The notes under the pieces were generated by a model, which ran no database searches, was not told the DNA's origin, and worked only from the letters and a program-made list of their open reading frames with translations. A DNA stretch of 63,628 nucleotides, the filler included, from Jimgerdemannia flammicorona (lineage: Eukaryota), in the NCBI GenBank assembly GCA_003990765.1. It is 2 parts of 2 records of this genome, joined end to end, with 100 filler letters (N's around TTAATTAATTAA, not from the genome) between each part and the next. Parts side by side here need not be neighbours in the genome. Positions count along the whole stretch, not along the records: positions 1 to 31,764 come from RBNJ01000380.1; 1 more part is not named here. One strand, written 5' to 3'. Position numbers and translations under genes: made by a program. Of this stretch, positions 1-11,221 are shown piece by piece (the stretch's first letter is position 1; the number at the start of each line of letters is the position of its first letter).

Positions 1-199
1 ATAAATTTTTTTTTTTAGATTTTTTTTTAAAGATAAAATAAAAATTTAAAAACAATAAATTTAATATTTTTAAATATCTCTAATATAAAACTATAATATA
101 TTATAATATAAAATATATTTATTTAGAGTATTTTTATTTAAATAATTAAAATATAAAATTTAATAAAACATTGGTTCAGTTTTGGAACATACTGTATAT

Positions 200-387
200 G
201 GTGTATATATGTACTTCTGATATATATAATAGATATCTTTAAAAGAAAAGATGTATTATTTATATTAGTTATCTTAAATTTCTTATATAGAGTTTCTTTG
301 ACTCTATTAAGCTTATTTTTAATTATAATAATAATTATATCATCTACTTATATATAAAAGCAATTCTATCAGTATAGTATTAAATAT
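200..387 (-). pseudogene. Ty1/copia reverse transcriptase relic (YVDD region), left part, split off by LTR element A
   Basis: Minus-strand translation gives approximately ..V-D-D-I-I-I...KLNRVKETLYKKFKITNI..FLL.ISI, the copia RT pattern after YVDD. It continues the relic at 9955-11130. Confidence 0.6.
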
Positions 388-899
388 TATGACATATAGT
401 ATAAAATAGAAATAAGAATCAAAGAAATAAACATTTGATCATGATATCTAAATCTGATTTCCTGATTTATTATAGTATAGAAATTATCTTTACTGTAGAC
501 ACTACATCTAAAACATTATCAGTGAAACATGAGATTTTATCTAAGATATAAATGGAATTCTACTGAAAATTTTACATAAAAAGACTTGATACTTAGCTGT
601 ATATTTAGTAGCAGAATTAGTATACAAATCTGTATAAATAACCTAGTATTTTAGAGTGAATAAATCTCAGTTAGTCAATAAAGTCAGTTTAGCTTAATTA
701 TATACCCTTCTACTCTTTTTATATAAAATCCAGAATTTTACTAAGATCTACATCTACTACATTATAACTTAGTGCTCATTAGCTAGTAATTCAAGATGAA
801 TCCTCACTTTTAAGCTAAAAAATGAATAACTATCACTATCTAATTTTGAAGATATATAGACCACTATACAGACCATCACATTATATATAGTATTTATCT

Positions 900-1345
900 A
901 TGCCATCTGCTGTTAATTGGTTGTTCTAGTTATCAGCCTCATTTCTATAAACTATCAGTATTGAACAATAGATACTCTATAAAAGACTGTATTATTAAGC
1001 TAATAGTCAGGTTGCTCCTTAGTTCAAAGAACAATATTATAAGAATTAATTGCCAAAAATTGCTGAATAAATCATAATGAATACCACTACTACTATCTAA
1101 TTTTGGAAAAGATAAATAAACTATTATATGAATCACTATCTGATTTTTGAAGATATTTTTTGTCTGTGCCATTGCTATTAATTGATTGTTCTAGTTATCA
1201 GTCTTATTTATATAAACTATTAGTATTAAACAATAGATACTCAGTAAAGAACTATATTATTGAGTTAATAACCAGGTTGCTCCTTAGTTCAAAGAATAAT
1301 ATTATAAGAATTAATTACTGAAAAATACTGAATAAACCACAGGTT
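900..1345 (+). repeat. Tandem duplication (~180-bp unit, ~270-bp period) in the element A internal region
   Basis: 901-1080 and 1167-1345 align (ttgttctagttatcag...gttgctccttagttcaaaga...aagaattaatt). Confidence 0.85.
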
Positions 1346-1399
1346 ACATAACCTTTGGAAGGTACTTACAACATCATTTTTGGAGAAAAGAGACTAACA

Positions 1400-3402
1400 A
1401 CATAGCGACTGACAGACAATCTGAGGTATGTACTGGGCAGGGCAGCCCAAGCACTTTCGAATGGCAGTAGGTAGAGAGAGGCCTGGACCTGGGGGGGGGT
1501 ATGAGGGGGCTGCTGGCAGGAGGATGTGGAAGAGGTGGAGGTATTGGTAGCAGACAAGGGTCTGGGAGAGCAAGCTTTGTGGAGACAGTGAAGGGGAGGC
1601 AGCAGGCATCAGGACTGGAGGGCTGGCTGAGGAGGGGTAAGGAGACTGAGAAGGTGGTGGTGTATGAGGGAGTAGCTCTTGGAAGAGGGAGCAGTGGAGC
1701 TGAGGGAGTAGTGGCTGGGGGGAGTGTGACTGCTGATGGCAACAGGACTGCTAATCTGAAAAAAAATCTAGATGTGATGGCTGTTGGCGAGGCTGAGTAG
1801 CTGAGGCTTGGAAGACAAGGGGATTTGGCAGATGGTGTGATAGGCCTGGCAGTGGCCCCATTACTCAAAAAATTTATCTTGGCATTTATGGTCACACTGT
1901 ACTTCTGGGGCTTAGTGGTGATGACAAAAATGGTGCTGGGGCTTATTGCTAAGCAGGTGGCAGAAGCTGCGTCAGTGAAGTTTTTGAAGGGACTGAAGGG
2001 TGTAGAGGTGGGTTTCGAGAAGGCTGAGCTGCTGGAGGAGGTACTGAAGGTTGGGTTAGTGGTTGGGGAGGTGTGTATTCTGATGGCAAGGTGCCTGAAA
2101 TGGGATCTGAGGGTAGTCCAACTGCTGGTGAAAGGAGTGTCCACAGTGATGGTGATAGAGACAAGAAAGAGAGTTGAGAATGTCATGGCAGAGTATGGCA
2201 AGGTGGTGGATATAGAATTTAGGGTCTGGGAAGGAATCTCACTCAGGACTGGGGATGTGGATGTAAGGATTCGGCTGGCTGGAAAAGAAGCTACTAGGAA
2301 GGCAAAGAACTGGCCTTCAGTGATGGTCTGGGGAGTAATCTTATGTAAGGTGATGAGGGTAAAAGGGAGTGAAGAGGAGGAAGAGGATTTATTGGAAGTG
2401 CTGGAAGAATTGGATGGTGCTGTAGAGCAGCGAGCAAAGGCTTGAAAGGCTTTCATGGAGTCGACACACCTGGAGGTAGTGAATGGAAAGAGGATTCAAG
2501 TGGACAAGGTGTAGTGGGAAAGAGCTCAGGGATATAAGAGACAGAAGAATCTGTTGGCTAAACTGGAGAGCAGACCACAAGAGGATGTGAGTAAGATAAC
2601 AGGTGTGGCAGGGGCCAAAGTAAGTGTCTGGGCTGGCAAGAGGAGTGGGAATGCTGGAGAGGAGAAAGGGAAGGCAAAGGAGGTGAAGATTATTGACCCA
2701 TATGCTGATGGCACCTTAGAGGTTTGGGATGAGGTCTGGGAGGATTCCCCCACTCCTTCTCCTCTTATCAGGTAAGGCCCAGCTTCCAGAAACAAGATGG
2801 TAGAGGACATGACAATGCTGGGGACCCATTGGGTGAAATTTGGCATTCCAGAGGTAATGAATGGGGGACATGTGGTGGTGGCCGGGGAGGAGAAACTGGT
2901 GGATGTCCTGGAGGTGTGGGATGAGGCTGCAAGTACTAGAGCTGACACCACAATGTTGGATAGAGGGAGGCTGGTAATCCCTGGAGGGAAGGAGGTGGGG
3001 AACCTACTTTGGATGTATAGGATGATGAATAATCTGGTGGCAGAAGAGTTGGGGGAGGTGGACTTGCAAGTGATGAGTGATGAACACTGGATGCAGATAT
3101 TACAGGGGGATGGAGTAATGATGGCACTGAAGGCAGAAATTCTCGTGGTGTATCTGGAGGAGGAAGGGTATGAGGTGGACAAGGAGTGGGAGGCAGAGAT
3201 GGCAGTTGTCACTAGGGAGAGGGCTGAGTACTGTTGGAACAAGTGTCATAGATTGCAGCTTTGGCAGGAGGCCTGCATTGAGTACCAGGAGGAGTTTGAG
3301 GAGAAGGCAGATAGGGAGATGAATGAGCTGTTGGCTGGATTGGAGGCTCAGAGGGCTGAAGAGGAGGAGGTGATGGCAGAACATAATCTGAACACAGTAT
3401 AG
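1400..3402 (+). pseudogene. LINE ORF1 (RRM-like region VMAEYGKVVDIEFRVWEGISLRTGDV), disrupted by stop codons
   Basis: ORF-track pieces 1501-1800, 1825-2445, 2554-2775 and 2797-3402 share one frame and lie directly upstream of ORF2. Start position uncertain. Confidence 0.7.
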
Positions 3403-6402
3403 GAGGAGATGAGCATGGAGTAGTAGAGTTCAACTGATAACAAATCATATTTCATTATGAACAGTATAACCAACATTCTTTCTTTGAATGTGAATAGGCT
3501 ACAGGGCACTGTTAGATGTAGGAACATTTTTATTTAGCTGAAGGGATTGGAGGCTGATCTCTTCCTCTTGCAGGATGTCAGGTGTGAAAATGACTCTGAT
3601 AGGATGGAATGGACAAAGGAATGGAGTGGCATGGTGATTTGGAATGGCAAGGTCAGGATTCTGGTTTGGAAAGACAGAGGGGAGATAAGAGATGTGAGGA
3701 GCTGGGGGGAGAGACTGGTCTGGGGTGAATGGATTTATGCAGGCTGGGAGCCAGTTATAGTTGGCTCCTATTACTGCCCTGCCATAAGGGGGGAGTATGT
3801 AGATTGGGTGAAGGGTCTCCAGGAGAGTGAGACCCTTGCAGAAGCTGGGGTAGATGTGCTTGGGGGAGATTTCAATATGGTTTGGGATATACAGTTGGAT
3901 AGAACTGATGGCAGATGGGGTGCTGAGAGCAGGAGTAGGGGGCTGGTGATGTGGGAGGAAGTCGAAGACTAGGAGCACTGGTAGATGCTAGTAGGGAGTA
4001 CTGGGGGGATAGAAGGATATATACACATTGGGCTGGAGGCCTGGGGACAAGGATTGACTGGACTCTGACAGCCAACTATTGGGGCTGAGATGTTTGGAAG
4101 TCACTGGAGATAGAATGGTGTCCATGGTCAGATCACTGGGGCCTTTTGGGACAGGGGTGCTTTGGGGGAAGTAGGGATGGGCCTGGACATTGGCGCCTAA
4201 ATTCCTTCTTATTAGATGATGAGTCCTAGTGAGAGGAGTAGACTAAAGACATTCAGCTGAGGGTGGAGAATTAGCAGCAGGAAGGTGCCTCAATTGGGGT
4301 TTGGTGGATGAGGATGAAAGAGATGGCCAGGATGTACTGGAGTGAGGCTGGCAAGGAGACAGGGAAGTAGCAAAGACAGAGAGTGCACTGGGCTTCTACT
4401 AGATTGGCTAGGCTTCTGGAGGAGTGGGTGAGACTGACGAAGGTGGAGAGAGAGGAAGATTGGAGAGTAATGAGGGTAAAGACAGAGGTTGGAGAACTAC
4501 AACAGGTGCTGCAGGAAGAGGAAGAGGTAAGGGTGCAAAGCTTGATAGCACAGCTTCGTTGGCAGAGACTAGAGGAAGGGGAGAGGCACTCCAAGTTTCT
4601 CATGAGGACCCTTAGGGTGAGAAGGATACAGCAATGGTGGGAAGGGGTACTTGACTCAGATGGTATACTAGTGTATGGTATACAGGATATTCTTGGATCA
4701 CTGAAGGAGCAATGGAGTGGATTGTAGAGTGAGGAGGAGAGTGGGGCAGATGCTACTGCCATTGACTGAACTTTGGAAAATTGGCACCCATTATAAGTTG
4801 AGGGACTAGGTGACCTAGTGATGCCTGTAAAGGAGGATGAGATCCACCAGGTTCTTGCCATAACAGCCTCAGGTATAGTACCTGGGGAGAATGGCCTACC
4901 CTGGGACTTCTGGAAGTAAATGGTTGGAGTCCCAGATATGATAGAAGAGGTGATGGTATTGTGTGACTCTATATTGCAGACAGGGAGATAGGTGGGGGAG
5001 CAGGATCTTAGGCTGGTGATGCTGCTTTACAAGAACAAAGGAAGGTAAGAGGATTGGAAGAACTGGCAGCCAATAATGTTGTTAGATATGAACAGAAAGT
5101 TGGTGACTAAGGTGGTGGTTGTGAGGCTACAGAAGATAGTCCAGCAAGTTATAGGTATTGAGCAGAGGGGATTTGTGGGTGGTCAGCTCATTAGAGATGG
5201 CATAGCCTGGGTATATGGAGTTATTGAAGGGGCTAGAGCCTGTGGACTGGATGGGTGACTAGTCTTCTTGGACTAGGAGAAGGCTTATAACTGGGTGTGA
5301 TGAGTCTGGCTGGTGAAAGTCTTGGATAGAATGGTGGTTCTGATCCAATTTCAGTCAGCAATGGTCAGCCTACTGGAAAGAAGTAGGGCTGTACTCATGT
5401 ATAATAGGTATAGAGGGGTAGTATTCCCTCTGGGTAGAGGGGTGCCCCAGGGGGGCCCACTATCCCCCATCTTATATACTCTTTCCCTAGAACCCCTAAT
5501 GGACAGAATTAGACAGAGGATTGTGGGGCTCTCTATCTATGCTATTGGGTGGAAAGTTGGGGCCTTTGCAGATGATATGGTGGTTGGTCTGAGATCGATT
5601 GCTGATGTCGAGGAGCTCAAAAAGACAGTGGAGTGGTATGAGGAGAACTCTGGAGTGAAGCTGAATTGGCATAAGTGTGAAACAATGATGCTAGGCAATG
5701 GCCTGGTAGGAGGAGACATCATAGGAACAATTGTCCCCACCAGTGAGGCAGTGCAGTACTTGGACATCTATTTGTCAGTCTATGGGTCAGTTCTGCCTAG
5801 GCTTTGGTGGGAGCAGTGAATTGGAATTTGGGAGGAGGACCTGCAGAGTTGGGGGGGAAGATATTTCTCTCTGGCAGGACGGATTTTGATTTTAAATATA
5901 TATTGGCTGCTGAAACTGTGGTATTTGGCTTATCATCTGGACTTCCCAGCCTAGGTGGTGAAGAGATTGGTGAAGGTAGCCAAGGGATGGATCTGGGCTG
6001 GCAGATAGAGTCAGATTGGTTGGGAGATCTTGTCCCTACTAGTGGCAAGAGGTAGTCTTGGGATGGTGGACTTTCCCAAATAACTACACTGCTTGAGGGT
6101 ATGGTGGCTTAAGAGGGCAGTGGAGTTGCAAGAAGGGGGGTTGGGTTCTCCTGATACAAAAGGTCTGAGAGTGGTGGTCATCACTGAGAGGCTCAACTGG
6201 TGATCTTCTCTCATTGGTTGAACTTCAGAACACTGCACAATTGTGATATAAAGGTTTCTGGTGGGGGATAGTAAAGGGGGCACACCACATTGGTATTCGC
6301 TGGCAGGGGAATGAGGGAGAGGAGGCTTGGGACCTGGTGATGTAGAGATGGGAAGGCATTCTACTGAGTGGTGTGCCTTTACTTGAGTTCAATATTGGTG
6401 AT

Positions 6403-8470
6403 TGTAAGAGGGTTGCTTTTTTATAGTAACCATTACATAGTTCTGGAAGAGTTCTCTGAAAGTTCTGGATGTTCTGGAAGACTGTTTTCTTATGGTCAAG
6501 ATCAATTTCATATGGAGTACGTCCTCTATGCTTATTGATTTCAAGATTGGGTTGACATCTCAACCAAAGTCCTTTTTTTGGACTAGTTCTGGATGTTCAG
6601 GATTTTCCATATTTCAGGAAGTTCAAGAAACTAAGACCAGCTTAGTTGAATTGGCATATCACTACAGACAACACCTAATTAGGAAATTTCATGATGGGGT
6701 TAGGAGTGGGACCTAATGGGAGCGGATTTACTTAAGAGTGGTTTGTGGATTATTAAATAGATTTATTTGTTATTCATGATATTGCTATACTAGAAGTTGT
6801 TGTATGAGGGGATATTTGTGGGGAAGTGTTCAGGAATGTTCTTGTGTGTTTGAGTCTGAGATTCTGAGGACTGGGGGAGGGAGTATTTATACTAATGAGG
6901 GGCTATCTGGACTATACTAGATATGGATATAGCACTAAGTACTTTGCTGAGTTAGAATACAGTCACGTAGTATAAGTGTGATCTGACATATCAAGAGATC
7001 GTCTGACTGCTGAGTCAGTTCACAGTTACATCATATAATACTAATCTAACTATACTATGACTGCTAGGCTATTTATGGGTTTAGACACTGTCTGGGTAGT
7101 TCTCGATAATATCACTATCAATTGCATCATCTCTGATGAAGTAGTCATCTAGGAAGAGTGGTTTGTGGATTACTTCTCCTTGTTCACTGAGATAATAATA
7201 TATTGGAACTTCATCACCATCCCACAGAATAGTATTGTCTGTCTCATATGCTGGATAAGGTGTTGGTGGGCAAAGGAGGGATACATCATCTTTGCTTTCA
7301 TCAGATTTACTGTCTGCATACCTTCTGTAGGTTATAGCACTATGAGTCATGGGGTTGTAGTAAGCTGGTGGCTGTGGTTTATATTGTTCATACTTGGGTG
7401 GTGGAGTGGTTGGTTCAATCTCAAGGGTTGTCTGGAGGTACAGGTTGTGTTCTCCAGTCTCTTCATTATAGTTGAAGTAATTAGGGGTGAACACAGGTTA
7501 GTATTCATACTAGTGGTCATTGTCCCAATAAGTCTCGTATACTGTTATGAATTGTTGTAAGTTTATTGACAAGGTTGATGGTATGATCAGGGTTGGCAGA
7601 GATCCTTGACTAGAGATCATGTCAGCATCAGAGGGATCATTGTCTTCTGCTTCATCTTCATCAAAGTAGATTATATCATAGATATTCTTCATGGTACATA
7701 TATCCAACTTGGGGCATTTGCAGGATATGATCATTGGGGTGTGGGAAGGTTCTGTCTGTGGTTTTGATATACTTGAGGTACTTGTGGTTGAGTTCTTGTA
7801 TCATGTTGTCGATTTGGCCATAGGATAGAGTAGCAACCATTTCAGCTATGGTAACTCAGAGGCAGAGAATAATGATGCTATACTCATAGAAGAGTTCTCA
7901 ATGTTTGCGGGCAATGAGCTTCTGGTGTTGAGACATCTGGGTGATGTTTATATTATAGTGGTGTTCAATCATGTCTTCTAGAAGGTAACCGATCTGGTAG
8001 TAGCTTGAGATTTGTCCGATTCAGTGGGCCTCGCTAAGCATATTCAGAGCATTCCATCAGGCTTCTACAAAGTAGAGGGGTGCTAGATTATGGATATTCA
8101 TGAGGGGCAGAGGGGGTGTGGCTCAGTTGACAATGGCATTCCAAATGTCAGTGCAGATACGGGTATAGATCTCAGTGGTCATGTTTGTATGTTTGGAAGT
8201 TGTAGTTATTGTTTGTTTTGGTTCTCTGATTCAATGCATCTTGGTGCTCAGTATATATGCATTTGATCATGATTGGTAAGATTCCATTTATGTAAATCTT
8301 ATATTCTGTGACTTTGTATTAACTCAGCTTTATGTGCTGTGACTTTGGTTTGACTCAGCTTCATGATCAAGCAGGTGATTTCCAGATTTGTTCAGAGGTC
8401 GCATGTGATTTCAGTGGCTTGTTCAGAGGGTGATGTGTAATTTCGGTGGCTTGGAGGTTGTGCGCTTACA
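6403..8470 (-). mobile_element. Solo LTR, family S copy 1 (2068 bp), carrying an internal ORF
   Basis: Termini TGTAAG...CTTACA with 5-bp TSD GTGAT (6398-6402/8471-8475). Reverse complement of 27383-29416. Confidence 0.88.
7081..8182 (-). pseudogene. LTR-encoded protein of family S (~365 codons ancestrally; MTTEIYTRICTDIWNAIV...DSDIIENYPDSV)
   Basis: ATG at 8182. Internal stops are consistent with C>T changes, and a 4-bp insertion near 7700 is absent from copy 2, where the frame continues across that site. Confidence 0.65.
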
Positions 8471-9954
8471 GTGATAGAATAGAATGCCAAAGGGGACCAG
8501 GACAGGATCTGTGGCCTTGCAGTTGGCAAGGTGTTGGAATTGGAAAAGAGTGGGACTGGTATGGTGTTTGGATCTGGAGTGCTATAGTGCAAAAGTAGAT
8601 GCCGCTGAAGTACTGGGTGGTCTGGTGGTACATGCTGAGGAGGAATATAATGCTCAACTTCCACTCAGAGTACCTTATCATAGGGGGTTGCTTCGACTAT
8701 AAGGAGTGCCATAATATAGGGTAGGAAGGGGGCTTTGTACAGATGTCAGAACATTGGCTAGGAGAGTGTGAGGTATTGGGAGACTTTTGGCAGGTCATCA
8801 GAGACCACTTGGGGGTGAGGTATAGGAGAGATGAAGTACAGAAAAGATGGGAGGACTTGAGGGATCGATTGGTAGGAGGGGTAGGAAAGGAGTGGATTAC
8901 CTTAGGTTGGGTGTTACATATAAATAGACTACCATGGAGAATTAAAAGACATTATATATAAATTGCTCAAGTAAAGAATACTATTATCTAACCTTTAATA
9001 ATATTTATATAAATACTATCTATTATAAACAAACTACCTGCCTATCATATAAATGCTAATGATATATTAATACTGTCTATTGTAAATAAATCTCCCATCT
9101 GTCATATAAATGCTACTTGACTTTTAATGATATATAAATACTACTCATCATAAACAAACCACCTGCCTGATATATGAACAGACTGCTGTTATCCACTACT
9201 TTTGAATATACAACCTATCCTGTAATATATAATTTGTTACCATCTGACTTTTAAAAGATATAACCTACTCCAAAGTCTGTACTCAATGAGTCTGGAAGAT
9301 ATCTTGCAATATACAATTTATCATCACTTGACTTTTAGAAGAAGCTATCACTAGAACTATTATCATCTGACTTTTGATAACATATATACTACTATTTAAA
9401 TTAATTATTTAAAGACTTTATTGGGATCTTGAAAAATATTCTGATAACTACTTGGATATAATATTATAAACAAGTATATAGGGAGAACAAATATATAAAC
9501 ATTATAATATAGAAATTTGAATAGATATTTTAATATCAAAATAATCTATTTAAAAAGAAGATATAATATATAGTATAAAATAAAAATAAGAATCAAGAGA
9601 ATAGACATTTAATTATAGTATAGAAATTATCTTTACTATAGATACTATATCTAAAACATTATTAGTAAAACTATTACTTTTATAAATTTCAGATAGGATT
9701 TTACATAAGATTCTATCTGAGATATAAATGGAATTCTACTGAGAATTTTACATAAAAAGACTTAATACTTAGCTATATATTTAGTAGCAGAATTAGTATA
9801 TAAATCTATATAAATAACCTAGTATTTTAGAGTAAATAAACCTCAGTTAGTCAGTAGAGTCAGTTTAGCTTAGTTATATATCCTTCTCTCTCCTTTATAT
9901 GAAATCCAAAATCTTACCAACTTACTAAGATCCATATCTATTATATTATAATAT

Positions 9955-11130
9955 ATATATAATTATCTGCTTTATAGTATATAAAGCTATTGTTAAGAAG
10001 ATATTTATCAATTTTTCTATTTTATAAATAAGCAACTTACTTATTACTATATAATCCTCTATATAGTTTACATATATACTAGATCATCATTCTAGCTATT
10101 ATATTCTTGTAACTGATAAATATATAGCTCTAAATCTATATTACTATTGAGAAAAGCCATTTTTATATCTATCTGATAGATTTCCTGATTGTATATAATA
10201 TCAATTATAAAAAGTATTCTTAGTAAAGTAAGCTTGAATACTGATAAAAATGGCTCATTATAGTCTATATTATAATCTTATAAATAATTCTTAATAATGA
10301 AATAAGCTTCAAATCACTCTATATTACTATCACTCTTGTGCTTGATTTTATAGACCTAATATAATTCTATAGTTTATTAATTGATCAGAAGAAATACTAG
10401 ATCTCATATACTATTCTTAATAAGTGAATTATATTCTTCATTTATGACTTATTTCTATTTCTTATTATCAGAAGATATTATCACTTTATCATATGCTTAA
10501 CTTGTTAGAAGTCACAATAAATATATATTTATATATCTTAGTATAGCTCATATAGTCTTTATAATATTATCTGAAGTTTACTGATATATTTTAATAATTT
10601 TTTAATTTAGAATAAGTTTTGTTTCTAGGTATATGCTTTGGCTTTTCCTTACTTTTAATAGACCTTTTATCATCATCAGAAGTCTTACTATTCTTAATCT
10701 CTATTATTCTTAGCTTAGACAACTCTGGCTCAAGTATATATATATAGTAATTAAATTTATTAAAGAGGTTGACACCAGTTGCTACTTTTGTATTAGCTGA
10801 GATATAGAGATCAAAGTAGAGATCAGAATAGATTTATCTATATAAATCTCCTTATTATTTTCTTTTTCATTAAACCATATATTTTATAAGATTATTATAT
10901 AATATTTATATAGATCTTAGAGTTGATATATCTTATCAGAATACTTAAGAAATATATGCTTGTTGACTTTTAACTTGAACTTATACTAATTGATATTACT
11001 CTTATTAAGAATATATATATATATCATATCTGTATATATATAGATATAATATATCAGACTTAGCTCCAGTCTATAATTTCTCAGGAGTTAGATCATCATC
11101 TCTAAAATACTTATTATTACTAGATTTTTT
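9955..11130 (-). pseudogene. Ty1/copia pol relic (post-integrase region plus RT)
   Basis: Minus translation with transition damage: LTPEKL*TGAKSDI, EEYNSLIKNSI*DLV, *VYKIKHKSDSNIE*FEAY, IDYNEPF, IYQIDIKMAFLNS (from the HQMDVKTAFLNG motif). Confidence 0.8.
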
Positions 11131-11221
11131 GCTTAATACTATAATAGTTGATCTAAATTAGTAATATGAATTAGAGAAATAGATATTTAATTATGGTATC
11201 TGAATCTGATTCCCAAATATA

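Larger units (their letters stand above)
1351..8912 (+). mobile_element. L1/Tx1-clade LINE, near full length but 3'-truncated, interrupted by a solo LTR
   Basis: ORF1 plus ORF2 with APE, RT and C-terminal Cys/His motif. Flanked by direct repeat GTTACATA (1343-1350/8913-8920). Confidence 0.9.
3457..8912 (+). pseudogene. LINE ORF2: APE endonuclease, reverse transcriptase and C-terminal Cys/His knuckle (degenerate)
   Basis: APE motifs MNSITNILSLNVN, LLQD, GGDFN, RIDW, SDH and GPGHWRLN. RT motifs NWQPIMLL, QRGFV, GVPQGGPLSPILY and FADD. C-terminal EHWLGEC near 8750, after the 6403-8470 insertion. Confidence 0.9.
388..9950 (+). mobile_element. Non-autonomous LTR element A (~2 kb net of the LINE insertion; TRIM/LARD-like)
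   Basis: Direct repeats at 388-766 and 9562-9950. PBS-like ACTTAGTGCTCATTAGCTAGTAATTC after the 5' LTR, purine tract AAAAAGAAGA (9552-9561) before the 3' LTR, and 4-bp TSD ATAT (384-387/9951-9954). No coding domains seen in the internal region. Confidence 0.75.

Noticed and set aside
1374..3448. Long Ser/Thr/Pro-rich minus-strand ORFs (360 aa, 238 aa)
   Set aside because: Antisense shadows of the purine-rich LINE ORF1.
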